From positions 6,069 through 70,068 of the forward strand of contig CBDCOD010000017.1 of the NCBI GenBank assembly GCA_965219665.1: DNA of 64,000 nucleotides, written 5' to 3'. Below are positions 25,801 to 40,800 of this stretch, piece by piece. Below the pieces are notes generated by a model. That model did no database searches and was not told the origin of the DNA. It saw only the letters and a program-made list of their open reading frames with translations. Source of the DNA: Gammaproteobacteria bacterium (lineage in GTDB: Bacteria; Pseudomonadota; Gammaproteobacteria; CAKMZV01). Both the position numbers and the translations under genes were made by a program. Positions within the stretch are counted from its first letter, which is position 1, and the number at the start of each line of letters is the position of its first letter.

Positions 25801-28800
25801 ACACCTTCAATAGCAATGCTACTGGAAACGTTTTGTACACCAATGGAAAGCGTTGAACCCGTAGCGTTAATAATCGCTTCACCAGACTGGTCAGTTAATG
25901 TAACTCGAATATTCCCATGGCGGGTATTGGTGAATACTTGAGCCGGTTCAGCGACCAAGTTCTGTATGGTTAGGCTTTCTTGTCCATCTGTGATTAGATA
26001 GCGCAGTGACAACGTTTTACTTTGCTCAGCATCTAATACATCAATAGTAATGCCTGATCCAAGAGAAATAGCTGCATTATCAGAGCCGATTAGCCCAATG
26101 GTGGTCTCCTCACTTAACTCCAGTGCAGCGTCATCCAACGCCCTTAACAGAATACTTGAGCTACGAGCCCCATGGGGGATGATGATATTAAGCGCGCTTA
26201 ATGAAACATCCTCACTGGCAAGGGTTGCTGATCCTGATACCCCTAAAAAGAGGCTAATATCTGTGCCAGTCAGATTAGTGGATGCTAACGAGACAACTAT
26301 CTCCAGCTCTTCATCAGATTCAAGAATCGTATGCGTAGTAGCAGCAAAGTTTACAGCAATATTCTGATTATTTTCATCATGGATTGTAACGGCATAAGCA
26401 CTCTGAGCAGGCGTAGTGAAGTGCGGGAAGGTTGGGGCTGTAAATTGAATAATAATGTTCTCTTCATCTTCAAATAGTGTGTCTGTACTGACATAGAGCA
26501 CAATTGCTGCACTCGATTGCAGCGGATCAATCACAAAAGTTTGACTACTTAGTGTGTAATCCTCACCAAGCGTTGCATCTCCTCCCAGAATGAATGGGAA
26601 ATATAGGGGAATTGATGTGTGGTTCACTGTATCTAAGCTAAGTACCGCTGTAATAGAGCCTACATTTTCTGCCACAGCATCATCTACACCAAGGCGATAT
26701 GTATGTGGACCTAAGTCATTATCCAGAATATCAATGATGGCAGTATTGCCCAACGATACCGCGCGCAAGTCCCCTGTAGGGTTAGAAACTTGTAATATGG
26801 CAGTTTCTGTCGTCTCAAAACGCAAATCATCTATGAGCATAATATCTGTGAGAACTTCATTGCTGCCGGTGCTAAGCACTACAGTAGTGCGCGAGGTAAT
26901 ATCTAATTCGTCAGCCGTAGCATTGATGGTGGTAACGGCTACCACAAAGGTCAATGGCTTCCACTCATTGACGACATTACCTGCCAGGGCGACCCGCACT
27001 GACGCATGTTCTCCTTCTGTGCCTTCGTTCTCTATAAATCGCAGTGAGACAGCCGCATCTCTAAATTCATCATCGATAATGTGGGTAGAGGTTGTCAACG
27101 GTAAGTCATCTGCACTAATGCCAATACTGGCACCAATACCATTTATCTCAATACCAAAGGTTTCAGTGCTTTCTAAGAGGCTATCATTTTGAGCCAGTAG
27201 GCTAAATTGCGCGCTTTGACGATTAGGGGCAATGGCAATAGTAAAGGTTGCTGGGGAAACTATATCAGAGCCTATACGGGCTGAATCATTGACTAAACGC
27301 ACACTATAGAGCAGCGTAGAGTGTGTCTCGTTAATACGACCAATGGAAAGGCGATATACATTAGGAATAATGTTATCTTCGCGTATGTCTGAGAAATTGA
27401 TTTCGGCAGAAACACCTGTATTATCATTGTCTGTGATAGTGAAGCTGACTACATTACTGAGTTGATCTATCAGGTCGCTACGGAAGGCTGCGGATAAGGA
27501 CTCGCTGTTCTCTAAACGTTCATCATCTACTGCCCCTATTGTGAATACGCCACTACTACTACCAGTCGGAATGCTAATTAAGTTGTCACTGGGCGTTATC
27601 GTATAGTCATTGGTTTCAGCAACCCCTGAGAATAATGCTTCAATAATGATGGGCTGAGCGCGACCATTGGCAAGCATTTCTCCATTGTTGTTCTCTAAAT
27701 AGATGATTACATTTTGCGTTTCTCCTTCTGCAAGGGTAAACTGAGGCGTGCTGATTATAGAGACGGCATCTACCTCATCATCTATGATACTTAAAAGCAC
27801 CTGTGATTCGCTTATACCTGTACGCAACTCTGGGTTTGCTGACACATCCGCCATGACAACAAATGTTTCTGTTGCCTCAATAAGGAAGTCATTGAGCACA
27901 GTTAGGGGGAATATAGCAGAGGTACTACCGTGCGCAATAGATACCATATTTGCCATATTGTAGTCATCTCCTCTAACTGCTTCACCGCTTGGGAAGGCAA
28001 CCATTGTATGCAATGTCGAGCCCGTGTTATTTGTAGAGCCAATGGCAATAAGAATCTGCGTGGCAGTTGGTATGTTGGTGGATGATTGTTCGGCAAGAAT
28101 CAAGTCTGTGGCTAATACTTGTACTATGATGTTTCTATTGTCGTTATCTACAATCCTGTAGCGTACAACGCTTTCGCTGAGAGTCGTACGCGTGTCACTT
28201 GCGGTTATGGTTACATCAAATGGCTCATCATTTTCAAACAAGTCATCGTCGATAACTGCAAAAGAGGCTTGGGCAGCGTTAAGACCCTCTCTTATGGTGA
28301 GGTTCGAAACAGTAATGATGTCCGTGTTCGTGGTTTGTGAGCTATCCAAATATGCGCGCTGAATGCCAGAAGTGGATACGTCAGAGAATGCCAAATTAAA
28401 GGATAGACTAAGCCCTACACCCAACATGTCAACTTCTTCTTGCAACTGTAGCCTCAATATGGCAGGAGTCTCTGCTTGCTCGCGTGGCTGCTGTGGTGTC
28501 AATACTTGAACTGTAGTGCTTTCATTATCAAAAATTGTGACATGCGTTGTCTCAACACTAACATTCACTAACGTACTGTCGTATATATCTGTTAATGCTA
28601 ATGCTACTGATTCACTAAATTCTAATACTCTATCATCATGTGTAGCATATGTGATAGTCGTATAAGTGCTATCTATTGCTATAACAGCATCTGCAACAAA
28701 AGCATAGTCAACTGGGTCACCAATGCCGCCTGCTACTCGTGATGCACTATTTGCCAAGTTACTGCTTGGTGTGGCAATCTGAATAAAGAGCGGTACACCC

Positions 28801-31800
28801 GTATTATTTGGAAGAGAGAGTTCAATCAGCATGCCGATTAAGTCACCTTCTTCCCCACTATCTACATGAGTGATGGATAGGGTTACTGTGTCGTTGTCTT
28901 CTATAAATAAACTGAAGGTTGATTCATCTAGAATCACTAATGGCTCTTCTGGCTCAGCCAGCGTTACATCAAAGCGCTCTGTCAGCTCAAATAAACCATC
29001 GTCAATAACATCAAACTGAATACTGGTAGAACTCTCTCCTGGCTGGATAAGTACCGTCTGCTGCGCAACTTGATAGTCCACATTTTCTATTGCTGCACCG
29101 GATAACGCGAAGGGGAATGATAATACTCTACGTGTGTTATTAACGACCAATGAACCTGAACTGTCACGTAGGAATAATTCAGCCATCACTGCACGATTTG
29201 CTGCCTCAGAACCCGTGCTGATTTGCACTAAATCTATGTACGTAATATCATTATCGGTTATCTCCGTCATTGCTGATACGGTAGATAAGTGCACTCTGTC
29301 ATTACTCGCTCCACTAAGATGTACACGCACTGTTTCTGTAGCCTCAAGCAGCCTATCATCTAATACAGAGAGTACAGCACTACCTCTTCTTAATCCAATG
29401 GGTATAGTAATCGTTGTATCTAGTACATAGTCTGTTCCGCTATCTGCTGTACCCGTTGTACTAAGGTATAGTTCTATCGGATTAGGTGAGTTATTGGGCA
29501 GAGTAAGCTCTGCATTCAAAACAAGCGTTCCAGCTGGTTCTGACAAAGGAGTAACTGCAAAAGCAATGGTGGCGGTAACGCTTTCGTTGTCAATAATGGC
29601 GGCTTGTGTACTATCTCCCACATTCAATGCCGGATGATTAGATGCTACAGCAGTTATAGTCAATGACTCAGTGCTCTCAAAAAGCAGATCGTCAAATAAA
29701 GTTATTTCTAATATGCTTTCACGTCCACCATCGTTAATGCTTACTGTAACTACGTTCGTGTTGGCGGGGCTTCTAAAATCAAAGAGCGGCTCTACCTCAC
29801 CACTTAAGCCAATTAGAATATCCAAAGCGGTCCCCGTGTTATTGGTGGTATCTAAACTAATGGTGATAGCAGCAGGTGTATCTCCTTCTATACCCGCTTG
29901 CGCTGCACTTAAGGTAACATTGACGGTGCCTGTTGTGTTATCACCGTCAAAAATAACCGTCTGTTGCTGGGCAGCTAGTGTGGTTTCTACTTGTTCGTTA
30001 TTTGACCCATATAAGCCAATACGTACACGCTCATCATCTTCAAAAAGATCATCATCAGCAACAAACACCAATGCAGTGCCTCTACTATCGCCTACATTTA
30101 ATGTTAATGTGGTGGAGAGAATACCGTTAACATGACCCAATCCATGAAAATCTTCAGCACTAACATCACCCGATAAGGATACATATAATTCAACTGGCGC
30201 CTGCGTAATATTACTGGCGATTGTTGTGCTGATAACACCATTTTCAATCAAAAATAGCTGTGCAGTAATTTCTAAAGGCTCACCAAGTATAGGCGGAATT
30301 GCCTGCGGTTCTGCGCCAGCTGTAACCGATAAGACAATCCCCACAAGCTCATCATCTAATAAAGTTATTTCTATGCTTGGAGTGCTAAATAATGTGTCCA
30401 AATTCACTGCTGTAGTATGCGCACTTGATAGGATAGAGGCTATCGCTAAATGTATGGTTTCTTCACCTTCAAAATCACTGTCATCTATAGCCATCACTTC
30501 AATCTGCGCTCTATCTGATCCAGGCGCAATATGCACGATAGTAGGGGGCGCGATATAGTCTGTGTTGGCTATAGCAGTTCCTGAAAAAGTAATTGAAAAA
30601 GTGAGTGTATCAGGTGTAGCATTTACTCGACTTAGTTGAGCAGTTACTCTCAATGCCCCAGCAACATTTTCCCGAATAGTAGGTTGGTTACTGCCCAATG
30701 CAAGGCCAATATTGGTATTATCATCGTCTATGACCACGATCTCTGCAGGATCAGATAAATGAATATTTGATAGCCTTGCCGCATCAGACAAATCAACGTT
30801 ATTAAATGCTCCTGTTAGGCGCACACGCAATACTTCATCATTTTCAAAGAGTGCATCATCCTCTACAACAAAACCAAGTATTGATGTACTTTGATTAGGC
30901 AAAATGGTTAAAAGTCCTGCGGAATCACTCAAGGCTGCATTTGTCTCAAAGTCTGCAAAGTCTGCCCGCCCAAATGATTCTATCGACACCAAGATTGGCT
31001 GACCTGTCATATTAGGGCGACTTAGTACAAGGGTCAGTGTCGTACCCTCACCCGTTCCTTCATTCGCATTCCCTGATAAGGATATAGTTGCCGTTGCTAG
31101 TGTATGATCTGTAATTGTCAGCTCTATATTCGGAGTGTTCAGCGGCTGTGCAATACTAACTGGTAGTATACTTTCTAAACGTATAGATAAAGTTTCTGTT
31201 GATTCATACAGATCATCACTGCGAACAGGTAGTACGTCAGTAACTGCTGTTTGACCTGCTGGCACAATAATAGTGCGACTGTTTAGACTGGCTGTTGATA
31301 TACCAGAGAAATCTGCAACCTCAGCAAACTGAGCACCTGTGCCTAACCCTTGAATGGAGTATGTAAAGGTTGAGTTGCTTAAACTTGCTGTAGAGAGCAA
31401 TGCTGTAACTAAAAGTGACCCGCCTTCTTCGCCAGATTGGGCTGTAATACTTCCGATAATGTTTTCACTATCTCTATCTGAAATGAGGATAGACAGCGTT
31501 GTTTGCGCTATTTGGACCGAGGCATGACTGCTTGCTGTGGATGCTAATATAACCGTCAGCTCTTCAAAGCCTTCTACAATGCCATCATTAAAGCCACCAA
31601 TAACCAACGAACCCGTATCCGTTCCTTGCCTAACGATAATTGAACCACTTAAGTCTGCTAAAGTTGTAACCGTCCTAGTCGGTCCGCCTGATAGGCTGAA
31701 GCCAACAAAGTCAGCACCACTTACATCTCCAGATACTGAGAAAGGAATCTCCACCGGGCGATCGGTATTATTAACCCGATCCACAGTAACTAAGAATGTT

Positions 31801-34800
31801 AAGCTTTCGTCTTCTTGGTTACTAACGCCATCTGCAACAAAGCGGAGCGATGCAGAGCGAGCACTTGCAAAGTCTTCATCATCTTCAATAAGCGCTGTTA
31901 TCGTGCTTCTTGCTAATGATACCTGAGGATGATCTACTCTACCGATAGCAACACCAAACTGCTCATCACCCTCCCATAAATCATCATCTATAACTGCTAC
32001 AGTAAAGACAGCAGCAGATTCACCCGTGTCAATTTGACCACCTGCTGCACTGACAATAATATCAGCTGGCGTCGCGCGTGAAGCGGCCAAAAATTCATAG
32101 CCTATATTACCGAATTCAATAGCATTACCTGTTTGGTTCACAATGGGTAATCCATTATGCTCAAGCCGTGCTTCTACATTCAGTTGCATTCTACCTTCTA
32201 CTGCCGCATTTAAGACACTAAAGGCGAGCACTGCCTCCTCATTGTCTTTAATGGAAACGCCTATTGTGCTATCTTCTAATGCGGTTTGAACAAAGAATGG
32301 TACATTCGTAGGAGTACTAATCTGTATAACCAAGGTTTCCGTAGATTCAAGCAAAGTATCATCGACTATATTAATCTGAGCTGTGACAGAAGAAACTCCC
32401 TCCAAAATGACTACGTTGCCCTCAAAAATAATATCATCAGCAATAGCTGTTCCCTGATTACCTAAATGAACTGGTATAGCGATAGCAAAGCCTGATTCAT
32501 TCACTAAGAGTGCGCTAGGATCAGCTACATCAAAAACTTCTACCTTAAAGCGCGCAGGGGCAGATATTTCTTGAGGAAGTTTTTCTGCACCATCAGCAAG
32601 TGCCACAATACGCAGCCCAGGTGTTGAGGTATCTGCAATCATAACCTGTGTCGTACTGGGTCTACCTGTGAAGCTACCAATATCCTCAATGACTCTGTCA
32701 TTAAGCTGTATTTCTACAGTTTCTATCCCTTCCAGAGCAGAATCGCGCACAGCAGGAATAACGAGTATGCTGGAAGTGCCTCCGTCTGCAATAATAAACT
32801 GTCGATTAGACACACTAAAGCCTGGTACAAAATCACTTATGGTCACATTGCTGCCTAAAATAAAGTCAATATCAAAAGTTAGTGCTGAGTCTGATCCATT
32901 CTCTAAAGCATTACCTGCCTCATCAATTAGGCTAACTCGCACCTGTGCGGTAGATAAACCCTCTGCGGCATGAGTCAGCGTTTCTACACGAATATTACGC
33001 GGTTCATTATCAGCAATCATCGCGCTGACCATGGGGTTGATGAGCGTAAGAGCCGTTTCTGTTGTCTCTATCATAATAGATAGCGATTCATTGGCAAGTT
33101 CAAGCAGCTGGTCTTGAATAACTGGGACAGTTACCGTTACTGCACTCTCACCGCTTGCTATCAGCAGTTGTCTGTCTGCAGGGTCAGTGGAGTAGCTAAA
33201 GTCTTGGTTGGGAAGTGCTGTGATACCTAATGCACCCCATCTCAATATAATGGGTCGCCCTGTATTGTTAGTACGACTGAGCGTAATAGAAATTTCTATA
33301 GGAACGGTCCCTCCTTGAGTTTCAACGCCTAAAGTGCCTTCAGACCCATTTCTAACCACCAGATTGGTGGCAACATTCTCTGCATCTGCATCATCTGCTA
33401 TCTGTGCAGTAATCTGTGATATTTGTGACTCAATCCGTTCATACGGCAAGGATAGTAAATTAAAGACTATCGTCTCCGTTGTTTCAAAAAGAATGTCGTC
33501 ATAAACCTCTATGATTGTCTCACCTGTACGCGCACCATCAGCAATTGATAAGGTCAGCGACGACTGCAAGAAGTCCACTCCCTGTACTTGCTCTACGCCA
33601 CCTGATGCCGATCCACCCTGCACTTGCAGCGGAAACTCCAATGTGTTACCCGTACGATTAGGGATGTCAAGAGCAGCTGCTAAACGGATATTAACTGGAG
33701 TACCGTTGTTTTCTCTTCCATTCTGCACAACAGATAGCGTAATAGTCGCTGTATCATCATCTTCTATGACTACCGTCGCATGATTATTAACACCAGCTAA
33801 CCCAAATAAATCAGTTCCTATAATGCGCGCACTGATCTGCTCATCTAACTCAAAGAGGCTATCATCTATAATCGTTATATCTAAAGAGGCTGTACTTTGA
33901 CCATCTATAATTGGTACGATTACCTGTGTTGAGGAGAGTATGTAGTCTGAACCACGCTCAGCCGTATCATTTATAGTGGATACACTAATGGTTACATTGA
34001 TGGAACTGCCAAGCGTATTGACCCCATTCAAGGCTATTACAAACTGCACTGAAGGAGCACCTTCTAATGCTGATTCACCTGTAATCTGTACACTAGAGTC
34101 TAAGACTTCATCATCTGTCAAAATGGCTGTACTTGTACTGTCCACACCTGTGACTAAAGAATCACTAACTGCCTCTATACGCACAGCTACTTCCTCATTG
34201 TGTTCCAAATTCGTATCATCAAATATAGCTATCTGAATCTGTGCTGAAGAAGCGCCTACTGGAATAGTAATGATGCGCGTGCTGGCATCAAAGTCCACAT
34301 TGCGCTGTGCTGGGACGGTAGCATGAATAATAGAATCATAAAAAGCTACCGTTACATGTATAGGAGAGCCGGTATTGTTTCTGCGTGTCAGTTGAACAGT
34401 TGCACTCAGATTATCCGTGCCTTCTAAGCCTCCTTCTAGGGTAATGGATGCTGTTGAATTATCATCATCTAAAAGAAACGCTGTAACACTTGTTGATACA
34501 AATATCAAGCGTGATAAAACACTTTCGGGTAAATCATGGGCTAAGGCGATTTGTAGGGTCTCAGTTGACTCAAATAACAAATCTTGGATGCTGCCTATTG
34601 AGCTAAATGCTCGATCTCCTCCAGAAAAAATAGTGAGATTAAGCGTTGATATGCCGTAGTCTTCCCCAGGTGTTGCTGTGCCTCCTAATCCTACAGCATA
34701 GAAGCCAAGATCTCGACTGGAGGCATTATGCTGTGATAGAGTCGCTACAATGTCTATTTCTTCCCCTTCAGTAGTTGCACCAACTGTTAGAGTAACCGTG

Positions 34801-37800
34801 GCTATTTCATCATCCTCTATAAAGATGGCAGCAGTTGGTGCAGTGCTAATTGCTGAAGATAGCAGCGGTAAATTACTGCTCTGTAAACGAGCAACGCCCT
34901 GCTCGTCCAGCTCCCATAACGCATCTTGCACAGGGGTTATCAATGCTACTCCAAAGCGCTCTCCAACGCCTATGGGAATGATGATAGTGGTTGTAACAAA
35001 GTCCTCCATACTGGCGGTAATGCCTGCTGGCACATCGTCTGTATTTACTGTTACTGTAAAGTCTATGCGGCTTGAAGTAAGGTTTACTGTCCCCAAGTCT
35101 AACTCTAACTGAGCTGATCTTTGACTGGCTTCCTCTGCATGCACAATGGTAGATAAACTAAGCATTACCGCGTCATTGTCAGTAATGAGCGCAGTTGCTT
35201 CAGAAAAATCTGTGATACTTGGAATACTGCTACCTGTAATAGCTATATTTAAAGTTTCTGTGCTTTCAAAGCCTAAGTCATCAATCACTCCTAAACTGAA
35301 GGTGCCATGACGCTCTCCTACGTCTATATAGACACGGAAGGTGTTGCCTTGATCTATGTCTGCCTCCGACCCAGTTATTAGCAAATCAAACCAAATTGCT
35401 GCTGGTGTGTTATTGTCTAAAGCTATTTGAACAAATCCTTCTATAGGTTGACCGTTCTCAGAACCATTTTGGGTAATAACTATCTGAGCAGAGGTTGGGT
35501 TGTCATTGTCTCTAAGGTTTTCTAAAATTTCACGTTGGCTAAAGGTTAGGCGAGATAAAACCGCTGCAGGTATCGCTGAAGTGCTTAATACAATCTGAAC
35601 GCTTTCATCCCCTTCAAATAAAGCATCATCTATTACCAAGATGTCCGTTGAAGCACCCACAGCACCATTTTCAATAACTAAGGTATGTGTGGTGTAGTCT
35701 ATGCCCGCCTGAGCTTGACCAAAAGACTCTATGGGGAAGACTAAAGGAGCGCCCGTCTGGTTAGCAAAACCTAATGCATTACTAATTTCAAGAGTCCACG
35801 GCATGCCACCTTCAATGCCTATACTTACGCTCCGAGCCTGTATATTAAGAATTTCATCATCTTCAATATAGCCTACTACTGCGCTATTATCTAACCGAAT
35901 GGACGGATTAGAGACCGCTGTAAGGCGTAGTCCAAGACTTTCTAATAATTCAAACCCTGTATCATCCACTATGGGAATAGCTATTTGTGCAGATTTCTGA
36001 CCAACCCCAATAATAATTTCGGTTGGGAATGTGCCGTAATCAGAAGCTTGTGCGCTGGTTAAGGCATCAATAATTTCAACGTCAACCACAATGTCTTGGG
36101 ACAACTGATTTGTAGTATTCAAATTGACTTGGAATACCAAATCTTGCGCCGGACTTTCAGAGCCTGTTGTTATCAATTCAAGAGTTGCAACTGCTTCTTG
36201 AATAAATGTATTAAATATGAGTGTGTCTGTGGTTTCTACACTCAAATCAGAGTGCAGCACTGCAAGTGCACTAATGCCAATAAGCTCTGTTTCCTCAATA
36301 AATTGGTCAGCCAATATTGCTATATCCACACTACCAGTAGTTGCGCCTATAGGTATGGTTAACAGTGCTGTTGATTGCGCAAAATCAGATAATGAGGCAG
36401 CAGCAACAGTCAACGCACTAGCATTGCGTGCTGCCACTGCCCCTTGACTGGGTTCGATCAGCCTTACCTCGTACTCAATAGGTGCTGGTGTATTATTGGT
36501 AACATCTAAGCTAATTGAAATCGGTAGGTCAGCCCCTTCAAAGCCATTAGGAACGCTCAAAACTGCACTGTTAAACTCATTGTCTGCAATAAACACACTG
36601 GCAGTAGCAACATGTGCTGTAAATGGCGGACTCACAAACTCTACAACGACTGTTTCTATGCCTTCGTATATGGTGTCATCTATTGGTGTAATATAGAAAA
36701 ATGTTTCTGTGCTACCCTGTGCCAGAAAAACAGTTTGCTGGTCTATGGTGTAGTCTAAACCAGTTACTGCCAGCCCTCTGTATGACAAATTCAGTACTAT
36801 GTCTGTGGCTACAGCATCTGCCGAAACAATGCGTAACTCACCGCGGCGTTGACCTTCCTCACTGGCGTTGCTCTCTGTAATGATATAAAGCGTATTAGGA
36901 CCGGTATCGTTGTCCAAAATCGTACCGGATACAACTGGCTGTTGCAGTAATACAGGCTGACTACCTACATAGCTTATTTGCATCCGCACTGGTTCGTCTA
37001 TCTCATTGATGAGATCATCAATGACTGGTAAACGAATGGTTGCTTGCCTTGCGCCACTTTCAATACTAATTGTAGAGGTTACAACAATAAAATCAATCTG
37101 CGGCAAAGCAACACTCTGCGGATAACTCAATTCAAAGATCAAGGCTTCGCCTGTGTTATTGGTAGAGGGCAAACTAATCGTAAACTCTATCGGACTAGAT
37201 CCTTCAAGTCCCTGTTGCGTTTGTGCAACTGAGACGGCAATTTGCTCATTGTCCAGTAAATCAACAGTTAGTGTGGATGGATTAACCCTTAACACTTGCT
37301 CGTCAATGTTAATACTATCTGTGCGCAACTGTAGATTTAGGCGCTCAACTCCCTCAAGCAGGTCGTCATCTACCATCACAATATCTATCAAAGCAGAAGT
37401 GCTTCCTGCTGGAATGGTTGCACTAAAATCAGTTGTAATGAGGTCAGCAGCTAAATCAGCACTACCTGCTAAAGCAAACAGCTCTACCGTGACGGCTTCA
37501 TTAATAGCAAAAGAGAGTGCCACTTGTACTTGCCCCGTCGAGATACCCTCAACAGGCGCAGAAATCAATTGTATAGAGACAAGCGATACATCATCATCCA
37601 CAAGCAGGACACTGGTACTAATGCCAGCACGTACGAACGGACTACTGCTTTGTGGTGTAAACGTGATAGTTTCAGTGACTTCTGAGTAAACATCATCATA
37701 TACTGGGACCGTGATAATAGCGGTTGACTGTCCAAAATTTATAACGCTAACCAAATTATTTTGATAGTCATTCTGCCCACCGCGCACTACACCACCTATA

Positions 37801-40800
37801 GCCGTACCTGTAGAGTCAAGCGTAATAGATATAGCTTGGCTGGTATCATTTGCTATCAGTGCCACACCTGTATCACTGCTAACGAGCAATCCGACCGTTA
37901 ATAGGAGGTCAGCAGGACTTCCTTCTACATAAACCGCCGAATTGATTTCAATAATTGACGCTACCGCCCCTCTTTCAGACTCATCATCAATAATCGTCCC
38001 TTGTGATACATTTTCATCAAAAATAAAGGTATCTGAAAATTCTGTATCTATTGGCTGTGCACTTAATAGAACCTGCTCATTACCTTCTAATAGTGCATCG
38101 TCAACTACTGAGATGTCAACATCCCCTAAGGTCATGCCGTGCGCGATGGTGAGTGTTGCTACCTGAACTGTATCAGAGATAACAAAGTCTGAAAAGCTTG
38201 CCTGACCACCCATCCTAATGATGGCAAAACTGATGCCTGACTCAACACCAACTGGATTGCTCAGACTAACCCGTGCCCTTAAGGCACGTCCTCCCTCACG
38301 CGCATTTATCGGTACAGAAAGAGCAGCGCGCACAGCCTGAAAAGTCGATTCATCATCCTCAATAAATAAGGGGGTTGCTGCATTCGGAAGGATTAGCGCT
38401 GCATCACTTGGGTTTCGCAACTTAATTGCCGCAAACTCCATCCCCTCAATCGCATTATCATTATGAACAGGCCACTCTAACGTAGCATACCCTAAACCAG
38501 GCGGAATAATCGCAGTGTTAGAAGAAATATCAAAATCAGCGTTAATTCCTGCAATAACTAATGTGCTACTGCTCGGATCTACTTCAAGGCTTACCGTAAT
38601 AGATGATTCTGTACCATTGATAACACCATCAGCCAAAAATACTCTTGCAACGATAGCCTGTGGATTAGATGACTCTACACCTGTTGTGATTTGCTCTAAT
38701 TGAATGCTTACACCCGTTGCACGTTGCTCATCCAGTATGCGAGCCACTACTGTGCTATTGTCAAAAGTAATCGGAGCGTTCGCATTCTGAGTCAAGTCGT
38801 ACTGCTGCTCGCCCATCAGGGTTTCATCTTGCTCTAATATCTGATCTGAAACTACGGTTAAAAAGGCAATGCCCGTATTGGAATTTGGTTCAATGCTGAC
38901 AGTGAGAGCGGAGTCTGTATAATCTTCTGGGTTACTGGCGGTACCTTCCGTAAGAGCAAGCTCTACATCAATAGGAACGGTGAAACCATTGAAATGATTC
39001 AGTTGCACACTAAAGACTATACTTCCTGACTCAAGCCCATCAACTGCAAATAAGGTTGCGGTCGTCCTACCAAATTCATTATCGATAATATCAAAGAAAG
39101 TCAATGCCGTTGGCACCTGCAACGCTTCACTGAAGCTTCCTGTCGTTTCTATTGCCAGAGCAAATGTTTCTGTTGACGCCTCTAAAAGCAAATCATCTAA
39201 AAGAGTCACCGTGAGTCTAACTGAACTTTCCCCGGGTTCAATATATACTGTGTTGACCCGATTAGGCAATCCTTGCAGCAGGGCATCAGAACCGTAAGTT
39301 GCCGTACCAGTCGCATTGCGTAGCACAATGGGAATGGCAGTACCTAAATGGTTGGTCGTAGGCTGTACCAACCCGTTATGCGTACTTTGCAGAACAATAT
39401 TAAAGGTGGCAGTTCCCTGATTTTCAGCAAAATAAGCAGCACTTACATTGGCAATAGAGACAATAGCACCTCGCTGATACTCGTCATCCACAATGTGAAT
39501 AGTAGCACTGCTTTCTCCGAGCGAGCTGCCTGTAATAGTAGTAGGGCGGATTGTCTCGAAATTGACGGACCCTATGGCAACCTTCAATACTTCTGTTGAT
39601 TCAAATAAGCGATCATCTATCACACGGACGAATAGACTGCCCGAAGAATCACCTTCGGCAATACTAACTGCATACGTTGTAACATAATCAGCAGCATCTG
39701 CTGTACCACTAAAGGCTAATGATATTTCAATCGGAGCATGGGTGTGGTTGGCTGCACTCAAATTAAAGGATAGCTGCGTGGTCGCCTCTGTTTCATTGAG
39801 TGTTAACGGAGCTACTATACCTACTATGAGACCCTCATAAAACTCATCGTCTCCTATAAGTCCGACTGTTTCAGACTGCAACACATTGACCGCTGGATCT
39901 GAAGCACTGGAGGCAGCAATAACCACAGTCTCTGTTGATTCAAATAAACTGTCATCTATGATGGCAACATCAAAATAAACACTGGCAGTTCCATCAAGGA
40001 TAACCACACTGATTGGCTGAGTGTAGTCTGCTCCATGAAGTGCCTCTGCCTGAGCAGAAGTTGTGCTTAAGTCAGCCAATGTGATGGTGATAGGCTGATG
40101 CGTATTATTAGCCTTAGAAAGCGTGATTTTAAATTGCAATGAACTATGCCGCGCTACATCAGATGATTCAAAACCCAGTTGGGTCATGCTTATTGTTGCA
40201 GTAACTGAACCTGCCATATTATCATCATCCAATATCTCGGCCTGCCCAGAAAACCCGGATAGTGCAGCACCTAAGTCATCGTTGGTCAAGACATTCACCA
40301 CATCTCCCAAACCAAAAATAATGCTCTCTGTATTTTCAAACAAACTATCTTCGAAAACAGGAATACTCAGCTGCGCTGATGAGGAACCATCTGCTATGAT
40401 AAAAGTAAGTGTGCTTGCATCAAAATCTACATCTTCAGTTGCAAGCGATTGACTGCTGACCACAACGGCAATAGCTAATTCTGCATTGAGCCCTAATGTC
40501 ACTGATTGCGTAATGGTAGCGGATACGGCACGCTGCAGAACACCTTCTAATAGAATGGCTTGCGGTAAGCCTGTGTCCCGCTCCTGTCCAGCAACACTGG
40601 TAACCATAAATTCAACATTACCGAATTCATTGTCCAATATCTCAAAACTTTCACTGAATGTGTTGACATCTGTAACTATGTTGACAATGACACCTTCTAC
40701 GGTAGCAGATAAAATACGTACAACCATTGTTTCCGTATTTTCTAATATCGCATCTTCTATCGTTGCAAGCTCTATACTTACCTGCTGTTGACTTGGTGCA